64,000 bases of DNA from Candidatus Delongbacteria bacterium (GCA_963663545.1 OY760505.1:1376001-1440000); one strand, 5' to 3'; positions 38,924-48,528 are shown, counted from the stretch's first letter. Translations and numbers: made by a program. The notes: generated by a model from the sequence alone, not told the origin.

Positions 38924-39709
38924 CTAGCTCTTATCCTCTTCCTTGTCCTTGCGGAACATCCTCGCAGGCAGACCATCCGGGTAGCGCGGCGAGCCAATGC
39001 CCAGTGATACACGCATCTCGTCGCTCATGCCCGCAAGCGGATCCTTCCATGCCTTGTCGTCAACAGGCTTGGGCGCAGGTCTTGCAGGCTCCGTCATGGC
39101 GCTGTACAAGCCCTCACCGGCTGCCCCCAGGAGCATTCCGGCAACGACAAAGAGCACAAGTGCCATGGCGATGTAGGACAGCGCCAGCACCGCGAGTATC
39201 ACAAGAAGCCCTGAATAAGCGGCGGCAAGAGGCACGGTCAACAGTCTGAATATGGCACCGGGTAGACTGTAACGACGTAGTGTGTTGAAGAGTAGATAGA
39301 GCAAATCCAGTGCAAGCAGCCCCACAATCACTAGCAAGCTCCAGTCGAAGAATCCTTGCGGCGGAACAGGCAGCTGTTTCAGCGAGACGGCCCAGATAAA
39401 GAGCGCCTCCGCACGAAAGAGCCAGATCACTGCTACATAGCCGCCAATCAGTATCAACAGTACGTCCAGGAAGCTTTCGTGTCGCGCGCGTCCGCTCAGG
39501 CCCTGAATCTTCTCCTCCAAGGTAGCCTGGCCAAGAAACAGAAGTAGCCACAACACACCCCCACCCACCAGTGCAAGCCAGAACTGCCAGCTCTTCCAAC
39601 TCGTCCAGAGCAGCAGAGTTGCGTACAGGTCGGATTGGATGAAGCTTTGGAAATCAGCACCCAGCGCGAGGGCCGGCAGGCCAAGAAAGAGCACCAGGAT
39701 AAGCAGCAT
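38924..39709 (-). CDS. Hypothetical integral membrane protein
   Basis: Signal peptide plus about 5 hydrophobic segments; RBS GGAGG. Confidence 0.7.
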   Translation of the reverse strand: MLLILVLFLGLPALALGADFQSFIQSDLYATLLLWTSWKSWQFWLALVGGGVLWLLLFLGQATLEEKIQGLSGRARHESFLDVLLILIGGYVAVIWLFRAEALFIWAVSLKQLPVPPQGFFDWSLLVIVGLLALDLLYLLFNTLRRYSLPGAIFRLLTVPLAAAYSGLLVILAVLALSYIAMALVLFVVAGMLLGAAGEGLYSAMTEPARPAPKPVDDKAWKDPLAGMSDEMRVSLGIGSPRYPDGLPARMFRKDKEEDKS

Positions 39710-39729
39710 ATTCGCCTCCGATGAATGTG

Positions 39730-40287
39730 TTACATGCGCTGCAGCAGCAGACTCTTGCAGAAGGAAATGCGCGGCGAATCGAGAATGGAGTAGCCAAGGG
39801 CGTTCGCCAACCCGGCCATGGCAAAGAACTCCTTGCGAGACACGTGAAAAGGCGGTTCAACCACCAACAGACGCCCTCCGGGCTTCAGCATTCCCGCCAC
39901 TTCGGTGAAGAAAGCGGTCTGATCCGGGACTTCGTGCACCATGAAGAAGGCCAGCGCAAAGTCCGCCTTTAGCTCCAGGCCAATCCGATTCGCCTCGCAT
40001 TTGTGTGTTGTAACACGCGCTCCCAGCGCACCTCCTCTCAGCTTCTGCTTGACCTTCTGCAGCATGCCCTCCTGCAGATCCACCGCATGAACCTGGCCTG
40101 TATCACCCACAAGCCGCGCCATCTCAATCGTAAAGAAGCCAGGACCACAGCCCAGATCGATGCAGCTCATGCCCTCCTTTAGCAGCGGAGCAAGAAGGCG
40201 ATCGGGACGCTGAAGCCACCATCGCAAGCGATTGTCCAGGCTGCCAGCCTGCTCTACGGGGCACACTCGTTTCTTATCGCGGGACAT
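39730..40287 (-). CDS. Class I SAM-dependent methyltransferase
   Basis: RVCP...AGSLDN..R, DLGCGPGFF, AVDLQ.GML, HEVPD and LKPGG. Confidence 0.9.
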   Translation of the reverse strand: MSRDKKRVCPVEQAGSLDNRLRWWLQRPDRLLAPLLKEGMSCIDLGCGPGFFTIEMARLVGDTGQVHAVDLQEGMLQKVKQKLRGGALGARVTTHKCEANRIGLELKADFALAFFMVHEVPDQTAFFTEVAGMLKPGGRLLVVEPPFHVSRKEFFAMAGLANALGYSILDSPRISFCKSLLLQRM

Positions 40288-40352
40288 GGAACCTCCATGC
40301 AAACAGTGAAAGCAGTGGCAAGACAAATAGGCGGCACATTCAACGCCACCCC

Positions 40353-40967
40353 TTACTCAAAATCGAGATGGCGCAGAACCTGTTTCAGCTCTGTTTCTGG
40401 ATTGCGAAAGCGGGGATCGAGCGTTGACCACTTCACTAGATCGTAGCGATGCAGGAGAAACTTGCTGTAACACAGAGTCGCAGATTCCAAACCTATTCGA
40501 CCAGCCCGATAGTCCAACCACGTCGTTAGAAAATCCATGAAGCCCTCGGGTCCGCCGATATCCTCGATAGGATTTGCGCGTGTGCCACCAACACAAATGG
40601 GATAGTTCTTGCGACGCGGGTGGACGTTCTCGGGTTCAACTCGCTCGATCCAGTGCCGCCAGCCATCGCCAAAGTCGTAGACGTAAAACGAATCCTCTCC
40701 GATTTCCGGTAAAATTTCTAGAACCGGACACTCCCAGGCTTTCCTCACCGGTGTTTTATCCTCGCTCCCGGGAAGTCCAACACGCTCAACTTCTCCACCC
40801 TCTTCACGCTGGCAAAGGAACTCGAAAAAATGCTTGCCACTCCAGCCAAAGGCACCCTGAATAGCCATGTGGAGCTCCCACATCGTACTGTCGGCGCGCA
40901 TCTGAATCACACGCTCGATCGGTGGTTCGATATCCAGCAGCGAAACTTCAAGCTGTATCACATCCAT
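40353..40967 (-). CDS. Plasmid pRiA4b ORF-3 family protein
   Basis: L.DIEPPI.R, LH.AIQ.AFGW, YVYDFGDGWRH and PIEDIGG..G. Confidence 0.88.
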   Translation of the reverse strand: MDVIQLEVSLLDIEPPIERVIQMRADSTMWELHMAIQGAFGWSGKHFFEFLCQREEGGEVERVGLPGSEDKTPVRKAWECPVLEILPEIGEDSFYVYDFGDGWRHWIERVEPENVHPRRKNYPICVGGTRANPIEDIGGPEGFMDFLTTWLDYRAGRIGLESATLCYSKFLLHRYDLVKWSTLDPRFRNPETELKQVLRHLDFE

Positions 40968-40987
40968 TCTTCCTCCAGCGATGCTAG

Positions 40988-42778
40988 TTATTCGAACGAG
41001 ATATCATCCAGATAGATGGTCTGCGGATGCCCGTTGCCGCTCAAAGACCAGACAAAGGGCGTCTTCACTCTGCTCAGGTCCTTGCCCTTGAGCTTCAAGG
41101 TGTAGCGTTTCCACTCACGTTTGAGCTTCATGCCCTTGCGCGAGGCGAAGGCTGTATCACAGTATTCGCATTCGCCTGCCAGAATGCCGAGGGAGAAATC
41201 GACGATCTCACCCCCTCTTTCGCCACGTGCCCAGAACACCAAGGTACGAGCGCCGCTCAGATCAAAACCGCCAGGCTGGTTGCCCCAGTCGTTGGAGGGA
41301 TTCTGCCAGGCCACACCCACCCACTGGCCGGGATCGTGATACGTAAAGCGTAGGCATGTGTCACCATTGTGCGGGTTCTCGTTGCATGCAGCATCCATTT
41401 CCAGCGCGCTGTAATTGCCCATCCAGCCGGAGGGTGCCCAGGGCTCAGGTCTACCGTCTTCGTAGACTGCCAGCGGGAGTTTGATGCCAACAGAACCTGA
41501 CGGGCCTTCCACCCGAAATGGCACACTGGCTGTCGCCGCGGCCCCGGCTCCATCATCCACGACCAGATAAGCCCGGTAGAGACCACCTGCCGGTGCAATC
41601 AGGGTTGCCCCATTGATCGATGTATCACGAAGTATGTCGTCAAGCTCCAGTGGCGCCGGTTGTGAGGCACCGGGAGGTGCGTTCGGATCCAGCTCGCCCG
41701 TGACACTCCAGCGTGCAGTCAGCGACGCGCGCTCCGGATCCCTTGCCTGCAGCTGAATGCGCAGTGTATCACCAGGTTGAACGATGTCCGGACCTGTCAG
41801 GCTAAAGGAGACGATCTCCGGACAGAGATTAGCAGGAGGCTGGCCGCTCCAGATTTCCGTCATCGCATCCACTGCGGCCAGCTTCTCGCCGGTGGGCAAA
41901 AACATGCCGTACCAGGTGGAAGTGGCTTCGATTTTGCTTCCCCATGTGAAGGCAAATCCGCCCAGGCAAAGGTCGGCAGCATCCAGGCAACCTACAGCAT
42001 ATGCGTCGTGATACGCGCGCGCCTTCTGCGTGCTGGTCAACTCTGGCGGCGCTCCGCAGGCTGCCATGGGAATCTCCCAAGTGCCGGGAGGGCCGAACTC
42101 CGTAATCAGCAAGGGTTTGAAGCCGCCAGCTTCGCGATAGCGTTCCGGCAAACTGGGCAGACCGCCGTAGGAATTGACGCCCATGATGTCGATGTCAGGG
42201 CAGAGCTCGTTCACCGCGCGCACTCGGTCACCGCCGATTTCCGCCGTCACCGTCATGGTCGGGTGATACGGATCCAACTCGTGAATCATCGCCGCCAACG
42301 CCTGCACATGCGCCCAGACCGCCGGATCGTCGCCCCCTGCAAAGCCCTCCATCTCGTTGCCGATGCCCCAGAGCAGCAGCGCAGGATGATCCCTGTGGCG
42401 AAGCACGTCGCGTCTCACGCGCGCGCGCTGTTCCACCAACATGGCATCGTCGTGGTAGTCAAAACCGTGTTCCGTGTGCCCCAGCCAATGACCTGCTACA
42501 ACGCATAGCCTATAAGTCTGTGCTTCATCCAGCAAGGCCTGTGTCTCGTCGCCGATACCCCAGGTGCGAATGCAGTTGGCGCCTGCAGCGGCAAGCTGAT
42601 CCACAGGTCCGTCTCCACCGGCTCCCTGCACGAAGAAGCTTTCGCCCGCGCGAAGCAGTTGCCAATTGCCGGCCTGATGCTCGATCAGTTCTACAGGAGT
42701 CGCCTGCGCATGAGCGCGCGTTCCCAGCAGTGTGCTACACAGGAGCAGCAAGAGTGAGATAGGAAGGAAATTGCTCAT
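40988..42778 (-). CDS. Secreted glycoside hydrolase (GH2-type TIM barrel) with C-terminal carbohydrate-binding-like domain
   Basis: GANCIRTW, HPALLLWGIGNE, GVNSYG and ITEFGP; C-terminal PSGWMG and WQNPSNDWG. Confidence 0.85.
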   Translation of the reverse strand: MSNFLPISLLLLLCSTLLGTRAHAQATPVELIEHQAGNWQLLRAGESFFVQGAGGDGPVDQLAAAGANCIRTWGIGDETQALLDEAQTYRLCVVAGHWLGHTEHGFDYHDDAMLVEQRARVRRDVLRHRDHPALLLWGIGNEMEGFAGGDDPAVWAHVQALAAMIHELDPYHPTMTVTAEIGGDRVRAVNELCPDIDIMGVNSYGGLPSLPERYREAGGFKPLLITEFGPPGTWEIPMAACGAPPELTSTQKARAYHDAYAVGCLDAADLCLGGFAFTWGSKIEATSTWYGMFLPTGEKLAAVDAMTEIWSGQPPANLCPEIVSFSLTGPDIVQPGDTLRIQLQARDPERASLTARWSVTGELDPNAPPGASQPAPLELDDILRDTSINGATLIAPAGGLYRAYLVVDDGAGAAATASVPFRVEGPSGSVGIKLPLAVYEDGRPEPWAPSGWMGNYSALEMDAACNENPHNGDTCLRFTYHDPGQWVGVAWQNPSNDWGNQPGGFDLSGARTLVFWARGERGGEIVDFSLGILAGECEYCDTAFASRKGMKLKREWKRYTLKLKGKDLSRVKTPFVWSLSGNGHPQTIYLDDISFE

Positions 42779-42815
42779 TTCGGCAACATGGCAAATCCTT
42801 AGCGAGAGGTTGTTT

Positions 42816-43595
42816 TCAGGAGCTGACCCGACCGACAAGGCCCAGGATCACAAGAATCACCAGCCAGTACAGGATGAAACAGGCAGCCACACCCAGTACG
42901 CGAAACACCCACTGCCAACGATTGAAGATCTGTCCCAGAGCGTAGAAAGGATAGATGGCCAGGCAAAACCAGGCAAGGGCGAAGGCGAGGGGTGACACAA
43001 TGAGCAAGGGATAGATTAGGGTGATCAGCAGTGCAAGCTGCCCTTTGATGAACATGTTGATCACCAGATGCTCGCTGTAGCGCAGGCCGGAGCGGAAGAA
43101 CACCAGTCGCGTGCACAGCGAGAATAAGGGCAACAGCAGAAGCGATGCGTAGGTGTAGTGGCCGCTTAGCCAGATGAAAACTGTCTGCGCACCAGTGGCA
43201 GCACCTTCCTCCGCAGAACTGACACTCACATTCTTCAGCACTTCCCCAAGAACCGGTGTCGACCCCTGCCAATAAGTTACAAGCACGTAAATGGCCGAAG
43301 CCAGCAGCAGAAACCCGAAAGGACGGCTGAAGGAGCGACGCTGTCCTGCAAGAAAAGCGTGCAGGCTCTTTCCCGGACGCAGCATCAACTCACGGGCGGT
43401 AAAGAGAAAACCGTGATCCAGCTGTAACACACCGCCCAAAAGCTCAACTAGAATGTAATGGGGGTTAATCCGTCGCACTCGCGAGCTCTGTCCGCACTCG
43501 CTGCAGTAGTGGCCGGAAAGCGGGCTTCCACAATTCAGACACACAGGGCTCTGCTCGTGTGATACACTCACATCCGTGTTGATTTGCTCTTCCAT
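42816..43595 (-). CDS. DUF3667-like membrane protein (zinc ribbon), paralog 1
   Basis: CLNCG....G.YCSECGQ, RPG and YSEHLV, with several TMs. Confidence 0.85.
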   Translation of the reverse strand: MEEQINTDVSVSHEQSPVCLNCGSPLSGHYCSECGQSSRVRRINPHYILVELLGGVLQLDHGFLFTARELMLRPGKSLHAFLAGQRRSFSRPFGFLLLASAIYVLVTYWQGSTPVLGEVLKNVSVSSAEEGAATGAQTVFIWLSGHYTYASLLLLPLFSLCTRLVFFRSGLRYSEHLVINMFIKGQLALLITLIYPLLIVSPLAFALAWFCLAIYPFYALGQIFNRWQWVFRVLGVAACFILYWLVILVILGLVGRVSS

Positions 43596-43656
43596 GGAAC
43601 TCGCCTTACTGGTCCTCTGAACGAATTGGGCACCGCCAGGTCACTCATGAATAGGG

Positions 43657-44433
43657 TCAAAACCGCATTGCCAGCCCCACTGTCGCTACTAGCAAAACTC
43701 CGATCAGTGTCCAATACAAGATGTAACACAGAGCGATTGCCAGCAAACGCGGCACCCAGCGCCACTGGTCAAAAACCTGCCCGAGAGCGAAGAATGAATA
43801 GAGTCCCAACCCGGACCAGATCACGAAAAACAGATAGGGCGAGATTTCCTGCAAGGGATAGATGATGGCGATCATCAAGGCCAGCTGGCCCTTGATGAAC
43901 ATATTGATTACCAGGTGCTCGCTGTAACACAGCCCTGAACGGCGAAAGACCAGCCGCGTGCAAAGGGAAAACAGCGGCAGCAACAAGAGCGAAGCATAGG
44001 TGTAGTGGCCCCCCAGCCATTTCAGGGTACCATAGACTTTGGAGACGCCCTCATCCGTTGAAGATATGCCATTAAGAACGTTTGCCAGGATCGTGCCAGA
44101 GTGGATGTAGTGGGCCGCGAGCACGTACAGCGCAGACCCGATAAGCAGGAAGCCGAAGGGACGTGAATAGGCACGGCGCCTCCCTGCCAGAATACTGTGC
44201 AAGCTGGCACCCGGACGCAGCAATAGTTCGCGAGCGGTAAAGAGAAAGCCGTGATCCAGCTGTAACACTCCACCCAGGACCTCGACCAGCAGATAGCGCG
44301 GAGTAATCTTGCCAACCCGCGCGCTTTGTCCGCAGTGGCTGCAATAGTTGTCAGTCAACGGGGTACCGCAGTTCAGGCACTTTCCGCTATCGCTATGTAC
44401 TACAGCATTGCTGCCTGCAGGTTGTTGTATCAC
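43657..44433 (-). CDS. DUF3667-like membrane protein (zinc ribbon), paralog 2
   Basis: CLNCG....NYCSHCGQ; shares long identical blocks with paralog 1 (GHYTYASLLLLPLFSLCTRLVF, YSEHLVINMFIKGQLAL). Confidence 0.85.
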   Translation of the reverse strand: MIQQPAGSNAVVHSDSGKCLNCGTPLTDNYCSHCGQSARVGKITPRYLLVEVLGGVLQLDHGFLFTARELLLRPGASLHSILAGRRRAYSRPFGFLLIGSALYVLAAHYIHSGTILANVLNGISSTDEGVSKVYGTLKWLGGHYTYASLLLLPLFSLCTRLVFRRSGLCYSEHLVINMFIKGQLALMIAIIYPLQEISPYLFFVIWSGLGLYSFFALGQVFDQWRWVPRLLAIALCYILYWTLIGVLLVATVGLAMRF

Positions 44434-44444
44434 GGAAACTGATC

Positions 44445-45137
44445 CTAACTGGAAGAAACAACTGCCGCCATCATTCCTGGCATGATGCAGGCCACAAGAA
44501 TGGCCGTCTGCATGGCTTCCATCGCCTCCTGAGCCGCCTGGCCAACGGCATCGCCCTTGACAATCTCTGCAATCCGCTGCTTGCGTTCCTTCAGCTCCTT
44601 GCGCGGAAATACGTTCTGCAACAATTCCGCGTGATACGCCAGCGCAATCAGCACTGCTGTGCGGGGATCCAGATCGCGATCATTCGAGAAGATGGCCCGG
44701 TGCAGGCGCTCAACGATTTCGTCCTCCGGTGCGTGATTCACTTCCGGGTAGAGTTTGCGCGTGAACACCCACAATACCTTGCCCTCTTCTTCCCGCAGGA
44801 TTCCCTTGTCACACAAGCCCTCGGCGACCCGGTGGCGCAGACGCTTGATCTGGGCAAAGCGTGACACCCAGTTTTTAGCATCGGCCATGTGCTTTGCATC
44901 AGCGATCATCCGCCAGGCTTCGTCCAGCAACTCGACTCCGGAGGATTTGAGCTCACGCGCCTTCATGTGCTTCTCTGCGCTATCGGCGTGTACTCGTTCC
45001 TGCAACAATAGCTCGCTTAGCAGTGCGCCCCCCAGAGCGAACTCCAGCATTCCACCGTTGGCGATAGTGCCTTCCTCGTCGCGTAGCGCGAGAAGAAGCA
45101 GCTCCTCGTATAGATGCAATGGAGTTGATGCCCGCAT
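44445..45137 (-). CDS. GPP34 (Golgi phosphoprotein 3-like) family protein
   Basis: LYEELLLLAL....G, GALLSELLL and L..KGIL......LWVF....YP. Confidence 0.85.
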   Translation of the reverse strand: MRASTPLHLYEELLLLALRDEEGTIANGGMLEFALGGALLSELLLQERVHADSAEKHMKARELKSSGVELLDEAWRMIADAKHMADAKNWVSRFAQIKRLRHRVAEGLCDKGILREEEGKVLWVFTRKLYPEVNHAPEDEIVERLHRAIFSNDRDLDPRTAVLIALAYHAELLQNVFPRKELKERKQRIAEIVKGDAVGQAAQEAMEAMQTAILVACIMPGMMAAVVSSS

Positions 45138-45265
45138 GTGTCACTCCCTTCTGAATTCGTTTGCTACCGCAAGTACTACACAATATCGGGATTGCGAGAT
45201 GGACAATCATGCCTCACCCTGCTGTCACACAAACGGTCTATGCAGTGATATCGGTTAATGAAGTA

Positions 45266-45987
45266 TGTGATACAAAACGGCAGAAACGCCACTCGATGAC
45301 ATGAACTGGCCCGCCGTTCTTTTGCATTGATTTACTTATGCACTTGTTGCGGGAGCCCAAGGACCACTTGCAAGCTCAAGTATCCCTTATCGCTGAACGA
45401 GTGATTGCTAAACAGCTCCGAGGCATAGTTGGCCCCTAGGGCAAGTTCGAAATAGCGGTTGGCGAACATCTTCCGGGAAATGCCTATTTGCAACGGAAGA
45501 AGTTTCTCACCCGCTAGGACGCCAAGGAAGAACTCGTATTTCTCGGTGATTTTATCGCTTAAGAAAACGCAATAGCCGACAACCTCCCGCTTCTCCCAAT
45601 AGCCACGCGACCAGCTTGCATAGTTCTCCTTAACCTGGTCGATCCTGATAAAAACGGCGCCCATATAGACATGGATGCCAGTACCTGCTCCGGCGTCAAA
45701 TCCAAGGGCAACCACCTGGGCTTCAACTTCGTTGCGAGTTTCTTCATCAAATGGGCTGTCTTCAAGATTCTGCAGATACTCATCCACCGAGGCACGGCCC
45801 TTGATGAACCCGTAGAGCAATCGGTCGGGAAAATCCGTCCGCGAGATTCCTGCAAAACCACGGCTACAAGTGGTTAGCAGAACAATGGCCGTTAGCAATA
45901 GCCGAACGTACATCTTCAACTCTCCCCCCTCACTCACTTTTTCTCAGCTGAAACCCATCCATTTGAATGGGCATTGTGATACAAAAC
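45266..45987. repeat. 13-bp direct repeat TGTGATACAAAAC (45266-45278 and 45975-45987) bracketing one gene
   Basis: Exact match. Each copy is followed by ACTGGCCCG (45305-45313 and 45995-46003). Confidence 0.8.
45332..45913 (-). CDS. Hypothetical exported or outer-membrane protein
   Basis: Signal-peptide-like N-terminus and a beta-strand-like C-terminal half; no family recognised. Start is ATG 45913 or GTG 45937. Confidence 0.6.
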   Translation of the reverse strand: MYVRLLLTAIVLLTTCSRGFAGISRTDFPDRLLYGFIKGRASVDEYLQNLEDSPFDEETRNEVEAQVVALGFDAGAGTGIHVYMGAVFIRIDQVKENYASWSRGYWEKREVVGYCVFLSDKITEKYEFFLGVLAGEKLLPLQIGISRKMFANRYFELALGANYASELFSNHSFSDKGYLSLQVVLGLPQQVHK

Positions 45988-46022
45988 ATATCCTACTGGC
46001 CCGAGTCCTCAAGAGCCGTGTA

Positions 46023-47450
46023 CTACTCCACTTCCGTACCCTCAGGCTGCTCATCCTTGAAGGAATGACGTGTCTCATGCGGCAAGGGCAACAACTGGGT
46101 GTGCAGCTTAGGATCGCTCGCGTTGTCAAAACGGAAGGCGTTCTTGTCCACACAGCGGTGTAACACGATCTCGATGTACAGCGTCTCGTTAGGCTGCAGG
46201 AGTCCATTGAGGGAGTTGTCACACGGGTGATACTCAACGGCATGATAGTAGGCAAAGCCTTCGCGCGGCTGAGCAAGGACACGAAATCCTGTGAGCTCAT
46301 TTCTCGTGATCACATCGTAGTTGACGTAATACACCAGATGATTCGGATGAGCCGAGTTCTGCTGACGATCCACGAAGAAGCCCTTGGAGAGCTTGTCCGG
46401 ATCGTGCCCCTCGCCGCCCAGCAAGAAGAGATCGTAGTCCAGAATGGGATCGTCCTGATCGTCTTTCAGCACAAAGACCAGGTTCGTATAGCGGTGACCA
46501 CGGTGCTGGGAGTGCGCGGTCAGCCTGCGCAGATCACCGGCACGCTCCTCGTACTTCGCATCATCGGCCACTTGCAGGCACTGCAGGATTTCTTGCACCT
46601 GCGGTTTGCTGCCTGTAGTCGGTGATACAACGCTGCGCATGATACCCTTGGACTTACCAGAGTGACTGGCGTTAGGTATCACGCCAAAGGGAACATGAAC
46701 CGGCCTGCGGACAGGTCCATCCAGCTGTAGGAGGTGAACCTCTTCGGCATCTGATCCGTGTGATACGCCCATGGTCTCATCCGACTCAACAAAACGGATC
46801 ATGCTGTAGTTGAGATTGGCGGTTGCCACACGCACAACTCCATCGGAGCCCGGCTCCACCAGATAAGGATTGACGAAATCGTAGAGCTTCTTGTCGATGG
46901 TCTGTCCCGTCAGCACGAAAGGATAGAAGCCGGTGCCGGTCAGGTGGTAGTCAAGAAAATCGCTGGCCAATTCAATCTGCTGCTGGCTGCCCAGGGAAAG
47001 CCAGTCGAGGATGCGCTGGCCGGGCTCCACTCCTCCGAACCAGGCCTTGATGCGACCGACGCGCGCCTTGCCCAGCTTGGCAAGCGGCGAGCCGTGATTT
47101 GCCGGTGCCAGCATGATCAGGTGACGCAGCGGCATTTCGCCAAGGCCCTCGCTTCCGTAGTAGCGCTCGATCCATTCGCGCACGACAGGTCCGCCAGTGG
47201 AATGCGTGATACACGAGAATTCGCTGACGCCCTCCGCATCCAGCACCTGCTCGTGCAGGGCGCGGTCGAAGGCGCGTGCTACATCGGCAACGGTGACTTC
47301 GTCGTGAAAGCTAATGTAGCGGCCAAGCCAGATGTGCTTGATTTTGAGCTGCAGGTTAAACTTAGCCGCCTGCGCTGACAGCGCTTCAGGCAGACGCCCG
47401 TAGGTGTTGGTGTCCGTGACACTCCAGCCGTGAACGAAGACGAGAATCAT
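46023..47450 (-). CDS. Alpha/beta-hydrolase (lipase/phospholipase-like)
   Basis: VFVHGWS, nucleophile ITHSTGG, LAPANHGS.LA and SDGVV; RBS GGAGG before ATG 47450. Confidence 0.85.
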   Translation of the reverse strand: MILVFVHGWSVTDTNTYGRLPEALSAQAAKFNLQLKIKHIWLGRYISFHDEVTVADVARAFDRALHEQVLDAEGVSEFSCITHSTGGPVVREWIERYYGSEGLGEMPLRHLIMLAPANHGSPLAKLGKARVGRIKAWFGGVEPGQRILDWLSLGSQQQIELASDFLDYHLTGTGFYPFVLTGQTIDKKLYDFVNPYLVEPGSDGVVRVATANLNYSMIRFVESDETMGVSHGSDAEEVHLLQLDGPVRRPVHVPFGVIPNASHSGKSKGIMRSVVSPTTGSKPQVQEILQCLQVADDAKYEERAGDLRRLTAHSQHRGHRYTNLVFVLKDDQDDPILDYDLFLLGGEGHDPDKLSKGFFVDRQQNSAHPNHLVYYVNYDVITRNELTGFRVLAQPREGFAYYHAVEYHPCDNSLNGLLQPNETLYIEIVLHRCVDKNAFRFDNASDPKLHTQLLPLPHETRHSFKDEQPEGTEVE

Positions 47451-47746
47451 TGTGTCCTCCGCTTTCTGCGATGAACTTCTGCTGGCATGCAACGGGATGT
47501 GATTCAGTGTGTGTGATCCAGCAACTGAAAGAGTACGAAGTTGCGATGAGCATTGCTTGTGGAAAGTGTGCAATCAACAGCTGTGCGGTCCACAGCACAC
47601 ATAGAAGCGTACTCGGCTACTGATGCTCAAAATAGTCGTACCAGTCACTCAAGTGCTCACGCCAACGGGCCATGTTCTGTTGGAACTCGGCGAATTCTTC
47701 TTCTGAAGCTATCCAACACTTGCTGATATAGTCACCGCGAGTCTCA

Positions 47747-48097
47747 CTAGTCTTCCTCGTTCCGGATAGAGCCGGACTCCAGATCTTCAACGATCGTGTG
47801 ACACTCCACCTCAAACCACTCGTCGAAGAGTCTCAGACTAAGCTTCTCGGGCCACAGCGCTTCATCCGTGCACCAGCTGGCCAGTTCTTCTTCGAAGAGC
47901 AGCCTGTACCTCTTCTTGATCCAGCGGCGCAGGCTATCATCAGTATCCGCTTCTCGGTCGGATATCAAGTACACGGTGCGCTCGCGATTTAGCTCCGCCA
48001 AGCTTAGGTCGCCTGCGTGTGACGCCGGTGTTACACCTTGAATCCACTCAAGGACTGGAGCCTTGCAGCGCAAGAGGACTGCCGCTCTGTTGATCAT
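47747..48097 (-). CDS. Conserved-looking small hypothetical protein
   Basis: MINRAAV.L..K.P.LEW...VYLI...LFEEEL.SW.TDE..WP......FDEWFEVE.H; RBS GGGGAG. Confidence 0.75.
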   Translation of the reverse strand: MINRAAVLLRCKAPVLEWIQGVTPASHAGDLSLAELNRERTVYLISDREADTDDSLRRWIKKRYRLLFEEELASWCTDEALWPEKLSLRLFDEWFEVECHTIVEDLESGSIRNEED

Positions 48098-48219
48098 GAT
48101 CTCTCCCCGTTCTGCGAACCCATCCTGATGCAATGGCACACTTCTGGGCGTGAAAGGAAAGGACACAGCAGACTTCCTCGCCTACTATGCCTAAAACATC
48201 TTTTTGGGAAGAGATCGTC

Positions 48220-48528
48220 CTAGTGCTTCTTGAGCTTGGCGATCATCTCCTCGACTTCCTCGTAGCCTTCCTTGTAGAACTTCTCCTCTTCGGGATCCAG
48301 CTCGTGCAGGAGACGCAGGAATTCGCCAGCGTGCTCTTTCTCTTCGTTGGCGATATCGACGAGCACTTCCTTGGCCAGCTCGTTGTCAGTGCTTTCCGCC
48401 AGCTGCTGATAAAGCTGGATGGCCTCATACTCCGCGGCCACCATAAAGCGAATGGCGCGAACGAGCTCTTCGTGAGTCAACTTGCGGTCGTGCTTCAGGA
48501 CGGAAAAGGGAGTGCCGAACTCGGGCAT
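48220..48528 (-). CDS. Small ferritin-like/rubrerythrin-domain protein (encapsulin-cargo Flp type)
   Basis: RAIR...AAEYEAIQLY.Q and DIANEEKEHAGEF di-iron motifs; RBS AGGAG. Confidence 0.88.
   Translation of the reverse strand: MPEFGTPFSVLKHDRKLTHEELVRAIRFMVAAEYEAIQLYQQLAESTDNELAKEVLVDIANEEKEHAGEFLRLLHELDPEEEKFYKEGYEEVEEMIAKLKKH

Noticed and set aside
47617..47746. Protein-like fragment SKCWIASEEEFAEFQQNMARWREHLSDWYDYFEHQ
   Set aside because: It has no convincing start or RBS outside the overlapping gene. It may be a gene remnant, but I cannot support that.
38924..48528. Integron cassette array
   Set aside because: There is no repeated RYYYAAC...GTTRRRY attC structure and no tyrosine integrase.
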